Source of the DNA: Felis catus
Lineage: Eukaryota
Length of the DNA stretch: 64,000 bases
Reading direction: 5' to 3'
Assembly: GCF_018350175.1 (NCBI RefSeq)
Contig: NC_058368.1
Coordinates: 119,600,001-119,664,000 of the forward strand
Below the pieces are notes generated by a model. It was not told the origin of the DNA, searched no databases, and was given only the letters and a program-made list of their open reading frames with translations. Position 1 is the stretch's first letter. The number at the start of each line of letters is the position of its first letter. This document shows, piece by piece, positions 1-11,260 of this stretch. The position numbers were made by a program, and so were the translations under genes.

Positions 1-2509
1 AACCCCTCCAGTTACAAGAGTCTTCTTCAGATGAAGCCTCTTTTCTGTTCCCCTCCGTGAGGACTTTCAGACGAGGGGCACAAATGACTAAATGGAATTC
101 TGTTCTGGTGTATCATTGGCCACTCCCATTTTTTAATCCCCAGAACTACTGAGAGAAGGCCCAATCTTGAACAAAAACTATTACTGGGCTCCAAAAGTAA
201 AAATACCTGTAGAATCCATGGTATTTCAAAACCGAGATAGGCCAGGAACACTGATGCCATGAGGATGGCCTTGTGAAAATGTCACCAGCTCTAAAACAGC
301 TAGCAAACTAAGACAATTCCTGGGACTTGCAGATCTTGAGAATCTTTTCAGTCACATCTGCAGGCATCTGCTGAATTCTAACACTCACCCTCTCTGCAAA
401 GAGACAGCGACTGGGACCTGTTCACACATCAGCTGGAAACCCTGTTTGGGAAACAGCTGTGGCAAGAACACTGATGGCCGACATGTGTGTGGCCATCCTC
501 ACACCCCAGAGTTGTAACCGCTTTTCTCGTGTTGCTGACAGGCCGGATCCTTGAGCATTTTCAGGTTGCATCCCTGGGTTCCCTGCTTCCCACGGTCTGC
601 AGCTGGTTTCACTGAGACTCTTTCCACAGTTAGCTCAGCTCAGTTTGCCTCTTGTACGTCATCTGCGTGGGCAGACAGCTCGGGATGGCTCCAGCACAAA
701 ACACAGCAACTCCAAGCCTTGCCTCACTTCATTTTTAAGTGAGGCTCACATCTCCACGACTGGAGATGTGATTAATAAGGGGACCACAGCTGCAACCTGA
801 AAATCTATTTTTATGACTGTTCCAAACATATGCATTGGGTTCATTTGGAATCCGTTCCTATGACTTTAGTTCAAAAGCAGTACCTAGTGGTTTTCAGAAC
901 ATATGGACAGTGAGCTGGGATGAAGGCCTTATCTGTATCCCCGAAGCATAAATTAGGATCTAGAGACTCAGATTCTCCACTCACACTATCTCCCTTGATG
1001 TGGTTAACCATTTAATGACCAAATTCATACCTCACTGTGTTCTTTGTGAACAAAATCTCACCCCACATCAAAAAGCTACTAGTACCTGAATCTGTATGAA
1101 CCACATTACAATATTCCACAATACAATACAATTGTAATGTACAACAATACATGGCAATCTGTATGGAAGCATTACAATATCCCCATTATAATATCAGTAA
1201 TTGTATAGTCAAGTGGATTGACTGATAGGCAAAAAAGAGGTCACAAATTTTGTCAGAGAGACCACAGGGGATGCTGGAGACCGTGGACAAGTAGAAATCT
1301 CTGGCGTCAGGAGGCAGCTTTTCTTTTGTTCAGCAGATTGCTGTCATGTGGCAGTGTAAGCCAGGCCTACGAGGGCTGCTAACATTCCAAAGGAAACCTG
1401 CGATCTAGAGTTTGGTGTAAATCACCTCCATTTCCAATGGATCACAATAAATTTACTTTTTGTTTAAACCCATGGGCCAAACATCTTTGAGTTTGAAGAT
1501 GGCATACAGACCACAATTTTGTAACCTCTGGAATTGATGCAACAACTCTCTACAAAAACTTCTAATTTTTAGAGATGTTGCCACAGCTTAAGAAGGTTCT
1601 CAAACTTAATCTCCTACCAGTGCCATACACCCTTCTTTTTAAAATATATTTAACTTAGTTATGATACAAGTTCAGGAATGTGCATATATCCCAAGTGCTT
1701 AAGTGCACAGGTTCACAAACTGAATATATACATACAACAGGCACTCCGTTCTGGAAATAGAACATTATACGCACTCTAGAAACCCCCCTTATAGTCACTA
1801 CTCACGCCCACAAGATTAACCACCATTGTACACACTTTTCTGTTACCTTTTTTTCTGAGTAAAGTCAAATTAAGGAGTCACACGAATGCTATCTGTGCAT
1901 GAATCAGTACCAATAATGCAAACTGGGGGTTGCCAAAAGGCAAAGTATATATATCACTGTCATGCTGGGAGCTTTGATCTTATATTTCAGGCAATTTATC
2001 CACACAGTTGAATAGAACAGCCTTGGCCAAGTTTTCCATCCCCTTTGTCCGTACAAACAAAGCCAAAGGAAAGGCTTTGTATTCACCCTCTTTATGTTAC
2101 CTAATCCGGGTCAGGGGAGCCAAGCGCTTTGCTAACTACATATGTAGATAAAACCCAAATCCATATGTAGTTTCCTGGTCTCTACGATTTGAGTATCAAG
2201 ATGCTAGCACATTTTTTTTTTCATGGAATTAGCTGTATGTATGAAACCCAGGACTTTGCCTCATTGCATTTATTTATCTTACCTAGTTTATGACAGACCA
2301 TCAGGGAAGCCCGCTGTGCTTTGGCCTCTCAGTATGTTTTTCTTTCCTTCTTTCAACCATCAGCAAACAGTTTAAATTTTTTGGTTCTCATATTTTTTGT
2401 TTTGAAAGCAACCTGAATCTGGCAACTTTTTTTTTTTAAGTGAGAAATAAATAATCTGTGAAGCACGGTATGGCACATTTGGCACAAGATAGTAACACAA
2501 AAAGAGAGA

Positions 2510-2700
2510 CGTTTGTACGGTTTGGGTGGAAACACACGCCAGCAACCGGGGAAAGCAGTCCCGTGAACTCACCATCGATCGCGATCACTTCCTGATTGAT
2601 TCAGCTGCAACACATGTGCTCTGGCTTCCGGCTACAACTCCCAGCCGCTCCTCCTCCATGCCAGGCTGCGGGCAAAGAGAGAACCACATCACGCTGCCAC
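2510..2700 (-). promoter_or_regulatory. Candidate CpG-rich mini-promoter / first exon
   Basis: About 12 CpGs in ~190 bp of non-repeat DNA, ETS-like cacttcctg and cttccgg, ZNF143-like ctacaactcccagc, and a minus-strand donor ATG|GTGAGT at 2573/2572. Confidence 0.4.
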
Positions 2701-2908
2701 CACACAGCCCTGAGGTCTGTATGCATCTCTGCATAACCGCATGCATGGACCATTTCGCAAAATGCCCTTTAAAATCCCACTTCATTAATAATCTACGAAA
2801 CACAATTGGAGAAACTCTGAGATGCCTTTTCACCTATCAGATGGGAAGTTTGTTATTGCAACGTTCCTTGCAACGTTATTGCAACGTTCCTTTGTTATTG
2901 CAACGTTC

Positions 2909-3045
2909 CTGTGCTGATAGCCCAGAGCCTGGAGCCTGCTTTGGATTCTGTGTCTCTCTCTCTCTCTGCCCCTCCCCTGCTCTCACTCTGTCACTGTGTC
3001 TCTCAAAAATAAATAAACATTAAAAAAAATATTTTTTTAAATAAA
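2909..3045 (+). mobile_element. 5'-truncated CanSINE
   Basis: ctgtgctgatagcccagagcctggagcctgctttggattctgtgtctc...aaaataaataaacattaaaaaaa; head missing. Confidence 0.9.
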
Positions 3046-3049
3046 AGGA

Positions 3050-3377
3050 AAAAATAAAGTAGGGTAGAGAAAAGAGAGCATTAAAAAAAAATCATAAGGA
3101 GGTTGCATCTGGGTGGCTTAGTTAGTTAAGTGCCTGACTCTTGATTTCAGTTCAGGTCATGATCTCACAGTGATAAGATTGAGCCTCCCTGGGTCAGCTC
3201 TGTACAGACAGCGCTGAGCCTACCTAAGGTTCTCTCTCTTCCTCTGCTCCTCCCCTGCATGCGCTCTCTCTGTCAATAAATAAACAATCACGAGGAAGAT
3301 AAAACACATTTACTGCACTGTATAGAAAAAAAAAATCTGTGTAAAAGTGAACCTGTTCAGTTCAAAGGTCAACTGTA
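3050..3377 (+). mobile_element. Tigger1-like (Tc1/mariner) terminal fragment interrupted by a CanSINE (~3100-3286)
   Basis: aataaagtagggtagagaaaag...aatcataagga [SINE] ...gttcaaaggtcaactgta resembles the Tigger1 end with its TIR; near-TSD aatca(ta/cg)agga flanks the SINE. Confidence 0.7.
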
Positions 3378-3384
3378 TATGTGA

Positions 3385-3565
3385 GAGGAGACTGATTACA
3401 AGAGTGGGTTTACCTAGTGAAGGGAGGCAGAGAAGTACCACAGTGTGCAATGTGCAAGCTGGAAACCCAGGAAAGTTGCTGGTATAATTCAAACTAAGTC
3501 TGAGGCCCCGAGAACCAGTAGCTCTGACGACCTAGTGCAGGAGCTGATGGATGTCCCAACACCAT
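3385..3565. mobile_element. MLT2-like (ERVL) LTR fragment
   Basis: gcaagctggaaacccaggaaagttgctggtataattcaaactaagtctgaggcc...gatggatgtccca resembles the MLT2 consensus as recalled. Confidence 0.6.
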
Positions 3566-4099
3566 GCTGATAGAATGTTCTACCTGGGTTCTGGCTAGGG
3601 TCCCAAAGACCAAGAATAAAACTCTAAGTGTAATTTGCTCCACACGGTTGGCACAGGAGGTCCTTGAAAATTAGCCCTCACTAGTGTGGGTGAAACATCC
3701 AGGGAACAAGGTGCTCCTGGGCTCTTCTCTTGACCATCTGTTGAAGGGGATGAAGGTGCTTGGTGTTCATCTTAACAATGTATGATAGAGGGGAACTTCA
3801 AAGGGCACCTACACAGAACTTGCTACCTTCTCTGGAGTTTGGAGGACACATGGGTTGGGGTGTGACACATTTCTTAGTAACTCATTTGTTCACTTATTCA
3901 TTCATTCAACCAACATTTACTGAGCCAGCTAACATATACTATGCATTGGGCTAGGTAGTAGATTCTGGGCCTCATTTTGTTTGTTAAACCTTCAAGTAAT
4001 CTCATGTATTTAAATAAAGGAACTAGACTGCATCCCGGGTGAACATTAATCTTTTCCCCAAATCCATTTGTGCTTAATTTGCATAAGTTCCAAATTTGA

Positions 4100-4552
4100 A
4101 TTTGGTAATTTTCCCCGCCCCAACCTCAGGACATATGCTTCACTCTCCCTTTAGCTCAATGTGGCATAAATGATGTAAGCAAATCGATGCCCTTTATGTC
4201 CATAATCATAAGTGATTGATTTAGGTATAAGCTATGAACCTAACAGACCAATGAGATACAGTGAAATTTTGGCAGGGATTCTTTGGAGAGAGGCAGTTTC
4301 TCTTGTTCACTAGATGTGAACTTGAGGGTAAGTGGGAACTGGAATAGTTATAGCCATTTTGCTATTATGAGAACCCTGGGAACTGGGTGGCTATAATGGA
4401 GAGAGCTTAGGGACACTGCTTGAGCCCAGGATAAAGTCATAACTGAAGCTAGCCTTCCCCCTGTAGTACTTATATCTATGAGCTAATAATTGTCATTTTG
4501 CTTAAATAATTTTGACTTGGGGGAGTACCACTTGCAACAAAAAATGCCCTCA
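4100..4552 (+). mobile_element. Old MaLR (MLT1-type) LTR
   Basis: Diverged MLT1 hallmarks: gagcccaggataaagtcataactgaagc, tgagctaataa...ttttgcttaa...cacttgcaacaaaaaatgccct. Confidence 0.55.
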
Positions 4553-5915
4553 TAGTGACAGCATCCTACACTCCTTCCTGCTTTCAACTCAAAAATGTTG
4601 AAAGGTTGAATCTAAGTTATCAAAATAGAAATTCTTAGAGGAAAGGCAATATGATAATCTAGTAGGTTTAAAGCTATACACACATTTGATTTGGAATGCG
4701 ATAAAAATGACTTTCTATCTTCAAATATGTCTAACCTAGAATTTTAAATCAAAACGCCTTGAGGACTGAGAAAGTGTGATAAGCCAATTAAGAAAGATGA
4801 GAATGCTTTCCATTCTCTTTTAAGCTTTTTTGATTAACCCTCTTATTTTCCAGGTATGCATAACTCAATTTGAAGAGTAGGTGTCTGGAGAGAAAATGCT
4901 AGAAGGGTAATAGAAGAGAAAAAAGTCAGCAGTTATTCCGACACCTAAATATGTGTCAGATGCCTCTGATCCCATGAAGGAACTTTGATTTTAGCTACCA
5001 ATTTCCTTTTTTTGAATTCTCTCTAGGGTCTGTGCCTTCAATAACACACTAGAACGCATCTTGTCATATCCTTAACATCTGGAATAAAGAAAGATGTCCC
5101 GGAGAACTTTTGGCTGCCTTACACTCCCTTGGAGGAAATTCCCTGAGAGTTAGGATAACAGCGTGTTAAACAGCCATCCTTCATCCGTATGAAAGTTCAG
5201 CATCTCACCACATATGAGAATAAACGGATAAGAGCCCCTAATTTTTGCAGGCTGACCCTGCGGTTAGATGACTTGTTACCAAAAAATTCAATCAGCCAAT
5301 CAGGTATTTGCAAGTATCCAGAGGTTTGACATCTTGTCAGCGTATCCTGTGATGGCACTAATTGGATGATGTAAAAATTCCCATCTCCCTTGGTCACTAA
5401 GCATTTACTATCATTCACATATGTGCCAGCCAAATAATATGGATTGATTCACACCATTGTTCCTGCCCCTCATGGAGTTCGCTAACAATTATATTAGAGT
5501 ACACAGAGTGGTAAGCAGAGAGCAGCACAGTACCCTGGAACGGGGCAAAATCTGCACAACTGTGCATGAACTCTTGTGTCATAAATAGTACTTGACAGAA
5601 TGAGAAGTCCACTGGTGAAGAATTCTAGTGTTGACGAATTCTTCAGCACGAGAGCTTCGTCAAGGACCATGTGGTTTCCATCTTTTTGCTCTGGCGTCAT
5701 GAGTATGTGGTCTCTTCCGGCTCATCCCCTCATGGCTATGAAAGAGCTGCTGCTGCTCTAAGCATAACTTCTCTTCACAACTCTATCCAAAATTAGCAAA
5801 GGCATCTTTTTTTAATCAAGGTGTAAAAAGTTTTTCCAAAGGCCCTTGAGAAAACCTCCCCTTATTTCTTGTTAGCAATAGCTAGATCATCTGCTTATTT
5901 CTAACATAATTTTTA

Positions 5916-6132
5916 TTTTATTTTTTTTAATGTTTTTATTTATTTTTGAGACAGAGAGAGACAGAGCATGAACAGGGGAGGGGCAGAGAGAGAGGGAGAC
6001 ACAGAATCGGAAGCAGGCTCCAGGCTCTGAGCCATCAGCCCAGAGCCCGATGCGGGGCTCGAACTCACAGACCGCGAGATCATGACCTGGCTGAAGTCGG
6101 ACGCTTAACCGACTGCGCCACCCAGGCGCCCC
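5916..6132 (-). mobile_element. Young CanSINE (SINEC_Fc-like)
   Basis: Full length; 16-bp TSD tctaacataattttta at 5900-5915 and 6134-6149. Confidence 0.96.
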
Positions 6133-7029
6133 CTCTAACATAATTTTTAATAACAGGGAATGAATGATCAATTAGTTGGGACCAATCAAGATTCTCCCTG
6201 TGAGGATAGGGAGGCTATCAGATTCCCTTGATGCACAGATTTACCCAAAATTAATAGAAGTGAGCTCTGGTCAGAAGAAAGAAGGATAGGATGGCTATTG
6301 CGGTTTAACAATAAACGATGCCAACCACAAAGTTAATAGAAATATAACAAGTGCTACAAGAGCACCGGCAGGGTGGGGGGGCAAGACAGTTAATTTTTCC
6401 AACTTCACAGAAGCCCTGATGCTGGAATTGGCACTTGACACATGAGGATTATTTCTCAGGTGAGTAAGGAATGGTAATAATTCCAAAACAAAAGAAAAAG
6501 AAAAATATTAATTTGAAGGTTATGATACTTCTTATGATGAGATAAATGTTTCATATACTTATACAGGTACCACAGAGACACTGTAGGAAAAATCTAAAAG
6601 AATTTTCTTTTCATTTTTTTTCAAAACTGCTATGTATTTTTTATTAAAGCATACACATATATACATAAGCATTATTTTTTTAATTTTAAACACAAAAAGT
6701 TAGAATAAATAAAAAGGGAAATTCTTGGTTCTCACCCTGGGAAATTCAGACCTAGAGGCTTACACTATGCTGTGCACCTCAGTAGGGACAAGTTTTCAAC
6801 AACTCTAAATCCATATCTTGCAGACTTAACAACCGCAGGGAAAGTGAATGGTTCTCTCCCTTTGTGTGCACTAATGTTAATACACTAAAAAAGAACACTG
6901 ATTGGTCCAGTTGGGTCAGTTGCTCAAACTTCAACCAAACACAGTTGCCAGAAGGATGGTACTACCCATCTAGGCCACTGGTCCTAATAGCGGCCATACT
7001 AGATATTACCCTTCCCCTTAAACACCCCT

Positions 7030-7335
7030 AAAGAATCCAAATCAAAAGACCACATAGTAGATAATCCCATTTATGTGAAATCTTCAGAATAGGCCAATTC
7101 TCAGAGATGAAAGGTAAATTAGTAGTGGCCAGGGGCTAGGCAAGGTTAGGTATAAGAAGTCAATAAGAACAATGACCCCTAATGGATATAAGAATGACCC
7201 TTAATGGTAGGGAAAATTTCTACAATTAGACTGTGTTGATGATTGTTGAACTCTGTGAAGATGCTAGAAACCCCTGAAATTAGCCCATTAGAAAGGTAAA
7301 TTTTATGGTATGTGAGGTCTATCTCAATAAAAAAA
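7030..7335 (+). mobile_element. Ancient L1M 3' end fragment
   Basis: atcccatttatgtgaaatcttcagaataggc...aattttatggtatgtgaggtctatctcaataaaaaa typical of L1MB/MC 3' UTRs. Confidence 0.7.
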
Positions 7336-8417
7336 ATCTTGTGTGTGACTGTTAATACCACTACCACCTAGAGATAATCACGTTAATATTTTTGTGTACA
7401 CCATGCAGACTTTTCTCCAGACATGCATACAGAACATGCATTTTAATGTTAGCATGAATTCAATCATATATATACCACATAATTGATTTAACTATCCTTC
7501 CCTTAAAGGAGGAAATTTTTCAAAGCGCTTTCCCTCTGCTTCTGATGGGTTTTGTATTTATGAGTTAGGATAAAACTCTGACTCATGCCTAAGACTTTAT
7601 AAAACTCATTATAGAAAGGAAAAACAGAAAATCCCAAGCATTAATCTATTTATTTTTAAAACTACTGTTGTCAGAACAATTTCATGTTGCCTTGTAAGTG
7701 GAACTCTTTTTTTCCTCCATGCTATATTTAGAGCATTAGTTTCCATAACGACAATATGTAATTCATTGTATAGAAACCCAACCTGAAGGGCATTCTCTGT
7801 TAAGAATCTTTATACTACGAAAGTGAAAGGCAGTTCCATAAGTCACTAGGTCCAGTCTTGTGTCTCTGGGATAGATTGCCCAAAACCTTTCAAATAGATG
7901 GGCTCTAAGCTTATTTTAGAAAAATAAAATAAAAAACAAATCCTGAGGAATCAAAATCTTACTATCTCATTTCAAACTCTGGTACAGGATTCTGTAACCA
8001 AGGTGTAAATGATCTAACTCGTAGGCATTCTCGGCTCAGTACAGTCTTAAATAAGTCTCATTGATTGTCCCCTTGAATGCTAAAAAAGCGACCCAAATAG
8101 CCTTTCTTGACCCAGCCTTATCAAACATGGCTAGGCTTGCTTCTTCAATCCAAGAACATACTAGCAATGTGCAACTTTGCTCACAAAAGGGAGATTTTTC
8201 TTCCATGCATTTGCTTCTTCCTTTATAATTAATACCAGTGATATTTAACCATTTTGGCCTAGCCATCTCTTTGAGACTCTGATGAAATCCAGACACTATT
8301 TCCAGAAAAATACACATAATGCATACAATTTTATTCAAATTTCAGAGATTTCATGAGTCCTCTGAAGCCCATCCAAATTCCTGCAAGGTTAAGATCCCTA
8401 GATTACAGACTAATAGA

Positions 8418-8418
<1 letters not shown>

Positions 8419-8448
<30 letters not shown>

Positions 8449-8600
8449 CTCTCTCCCTTCCTTCCTTCCTCTCTCCTTCCCTCCCTTCCTCACTCCCTCC
8501 CTTCCTTTCTTCCTTCTTTCTTTCTTTCCTTCCTTCCTTCCTTCCTTCCTTCCTTCCTTCCTTCCTTCCTTCCTTCCTTCCTTCCTTCCTTCCTTTTCCT
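8419..8600. repeat. (CT/CTTT/CCTT)n microsatellite
   Basis: Directly visible; the source of the low-complexity EGRK/LPSF ORFs. Confidence 0.95.
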
Positions 8601-10539
8601 CGTTCATTCATTCAGCCAAACATGTAGCTAAAGATATGCCCCAAACTCTCACAAGTCCTTTGTTGTCCTGTGGACTTCTGCTGCACCTAGGAGATTTTGT
8701 GGGGACCCACAGTCTCAGAAAGTATGACTGTTCTCCATGCTCTGGCACAGTACAATTCTGTGCACTGGGAGAGATTCTCCTTGCTCTACAGAAATTTGAG
8801 TTACTTTGATGCACCTCTGTGATTTTCTTCTAGATGGGTAGTTCTTTGTAGCTGCATGAAAGCCTTTTTCTTAGCAACAGAAACAAGAGCTGGAGAAAAC
8901 AAGATTCTAGGTCAGAGGTGTGAATTCAACCTCAGCCCCACTACTTTTGCAGCTGCATTGACCTGGAGAATCACTTGATCTCTAATCCGTAATCTCCTCC
9001 TCTGTGAGATGAAGCTGCTAATGACTACCTCACATTACCTCCATCTGGGTGCTTGAGTAAAGTAATAAAAGAAGAAAATGGATGTAAAAGCATTTTGTGA
9101 ACCACAAAACAAATGATCATTAGTATTATTGTCATTCTTGTTATGCTATTGTTGTTGAAAATCAGACTCATATCTTCACTCCTGGCTCTATAGGGTGGCA
9201 GACAGGTGTCAGAGCCTGTTCCTAATCTGACTTTTTCTCCTCTACTTTGAATTTGAATAAAGCAGAGCAGGTAGCACATTTCCAAAACCATGAGACCTCT
9301 CCCAAGGCAGTTCTCAGCCTCTTGTCTGCAGCTGTGTGATACAATCAATTAGAGGGCATTATACACACGCATTTACTCCACAGAAAGGTAGATAATGACT
9401 AGACATTTTAAAAAATGAAGGCAGATTTTAATTGTTTTTCTGGAAGTATCTTGAAAATACCTTTTTCAATGGTGTAAGGAGTCTTTGGGTGGCAAATGAT
9501 AGAAATCAACTCATTTGCCTAAACTTTCAGATGAGAAATAAATTTTCAGGATGAGACAGTGTTCTGTGGATTACGTGAGTGGGCCTGATCTGTGGGACAG
9601 TCGGGACCCTCAGAACTCTGCCTGTTTCTCTGGGTGGTGTGCTACCGTGACTCTTGGATCTTTCTCTCCGATCAGCTTCCTCTGAACCTCAGGTCCAATG
9701 GCAGGCAGAATGTGGCTTTAGTCAACTCCTAACTTGACATATCTGTGCCCAATGTCCTAAACAGACCCCATCTACTTCTCTGTCCCAATCTCACATTCCC
9801 CCAATGAGGAAATGGAGTCTGACTGGCCTGAGTTTATCATGGGCTCCTTGGGATTTGAAAGGACACCAATACTCCCAATTCTGTTCCCTTCAACATCTCT
9901 GGCTTTTGTACTCTTCAACCCTAGAAGAGGGAATTTCTTGTCTTGTTTTGATTTAACCTAACATGCATCAAAGTTGAACTGCTTGGTATAATCAGGATTG
10001 GGGGTGGGGTGGGTAATTATATCTTGTAGTTACTCTTTTATGAATGATGACAACACACAAGTGGCCTCTAAGGAGGGTTCTGGTCTACAGGAACAAGACA
10101 GGAACAAAATTGTCTGTGTCCTGCACATAGACCTAGGCAGTCCAGATGCTGGGCTGGGCTGGGCTGTAAAGGGGAACACGTGGTGCAGAGACCCACTATG
10201 TATAAACCACACATGATTTTATGGGAAAAGATGTACGTGACTGTGACTTTGCTCTGTGGTCATGATGAGGAAACAGACCCTTGTCTTTAAGTCCTTGTGG
10301 ATGTCACAGGACACAAAATACAGATGAAATTGAAGTCTTGAATTGAGATTTCTCTCGGGACTGGCCACCAGAAGGCCTTCCTCTTTGAGTGTGCCTAAGG
10401 CTCGTCTCGGAGCAATTTATCTCAACATTGGGTCTGTAACACACCTCATTTACAGCATTTTGCCTTTGCGCACACTGGATGGCAAAGCCTAGTCTTTCCA
10501 CATCTGGTTTGTAGTCCTTGGTTGAGAACTGAACTCTTC

Positions 10540-11260
10540 CATGACCTACAAGGCTCTGAGTGATCTAGCCCCAGCCTTCCCCTCCAGGCCCAAGCCCAGC
10601 CATCATTCTGCCCACTCAGCGCTGTGTGCGCAAGACCTGCTGGCCACATCTCCAATCCCAAGAGGCTTGGCTCCCTCCCATCTCAGAGTCTTGGGCATGT
10701 TCTCCACCGCATCTGGTCCGTTCTTCCTTAATCTCCTCTTTCTCCATTTATTTGACTCCTAACTCTCATTTCACTCTCAACATGAATGTCTCATTTGACA
10801 AGAAAGCCCTTCTGGATCCCCAGGCCAGACCAGCCATGTGTTATCAGAACTCCCATTGCTTTTTCCACAGCACATACGGGCTTACAACTATGTACCTCTA
10901 TTATTATTTGATGAACACTCATATCCACACTAGAGCATAGCTCCATGAGGATAGCTCTTTGCTGTTTTCTTACCACACTAATATGTTAATATATAGCACA
11001 GGTAATTAAAATTTCTGGCACACTGATTAAAATTTCTGGCTTTGGAGAGGTACTACCTGAGTTCAAATCTCACCTCTACCACATAATAGGTAAATGTCAG
11101 TATCCTCATCTGTAACCTAAGTATAATAAAACTGCCTACTCTCATAGGATATTGTGGGAAACAAACTCATTCATACATGAGAATTGCTTATTGTTTAGAA
11201 CAGCACCTGGCAAACAGTATTCACTCAATAAATATGAACAATAAATGGAGGGTAAAAAAA
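10540..11260 (+). mobile_element. L2 3' fragment followed by MIR
   Basis: L2-like catgacctacaaggctctgagtgatctagccc...ctagagcatagctccatgagg, then MIR-like gttcaaatctcacctctaccac...ctcatctgtaa...cagcacctggcaaacagtattcactcaataaat. Confidence 0.6.

Noticed and set aside
2849..2910. CRISPR-like short repeats
   Set aside because: Mammalian DNA; the repeats are abutting and staggered with no unique spacers.
2526..3023. 165-aa + strand ORF
   Set aside because: Non-ATG start; it runs through the micro-repeat patch into a SINE and has no known homology I can recognise.
5916..6132. tRNA-like A/B box sequences in SINE heads
   Set aside because: These are tRNA-derived CanSINE heads, not tRNA genes; the same applies to all the copies.
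8319..8631. ORFs rich in LPSF / EGRK repeats
   Set aside because: Translations of a (CCTT)n microsatellite, not genes.
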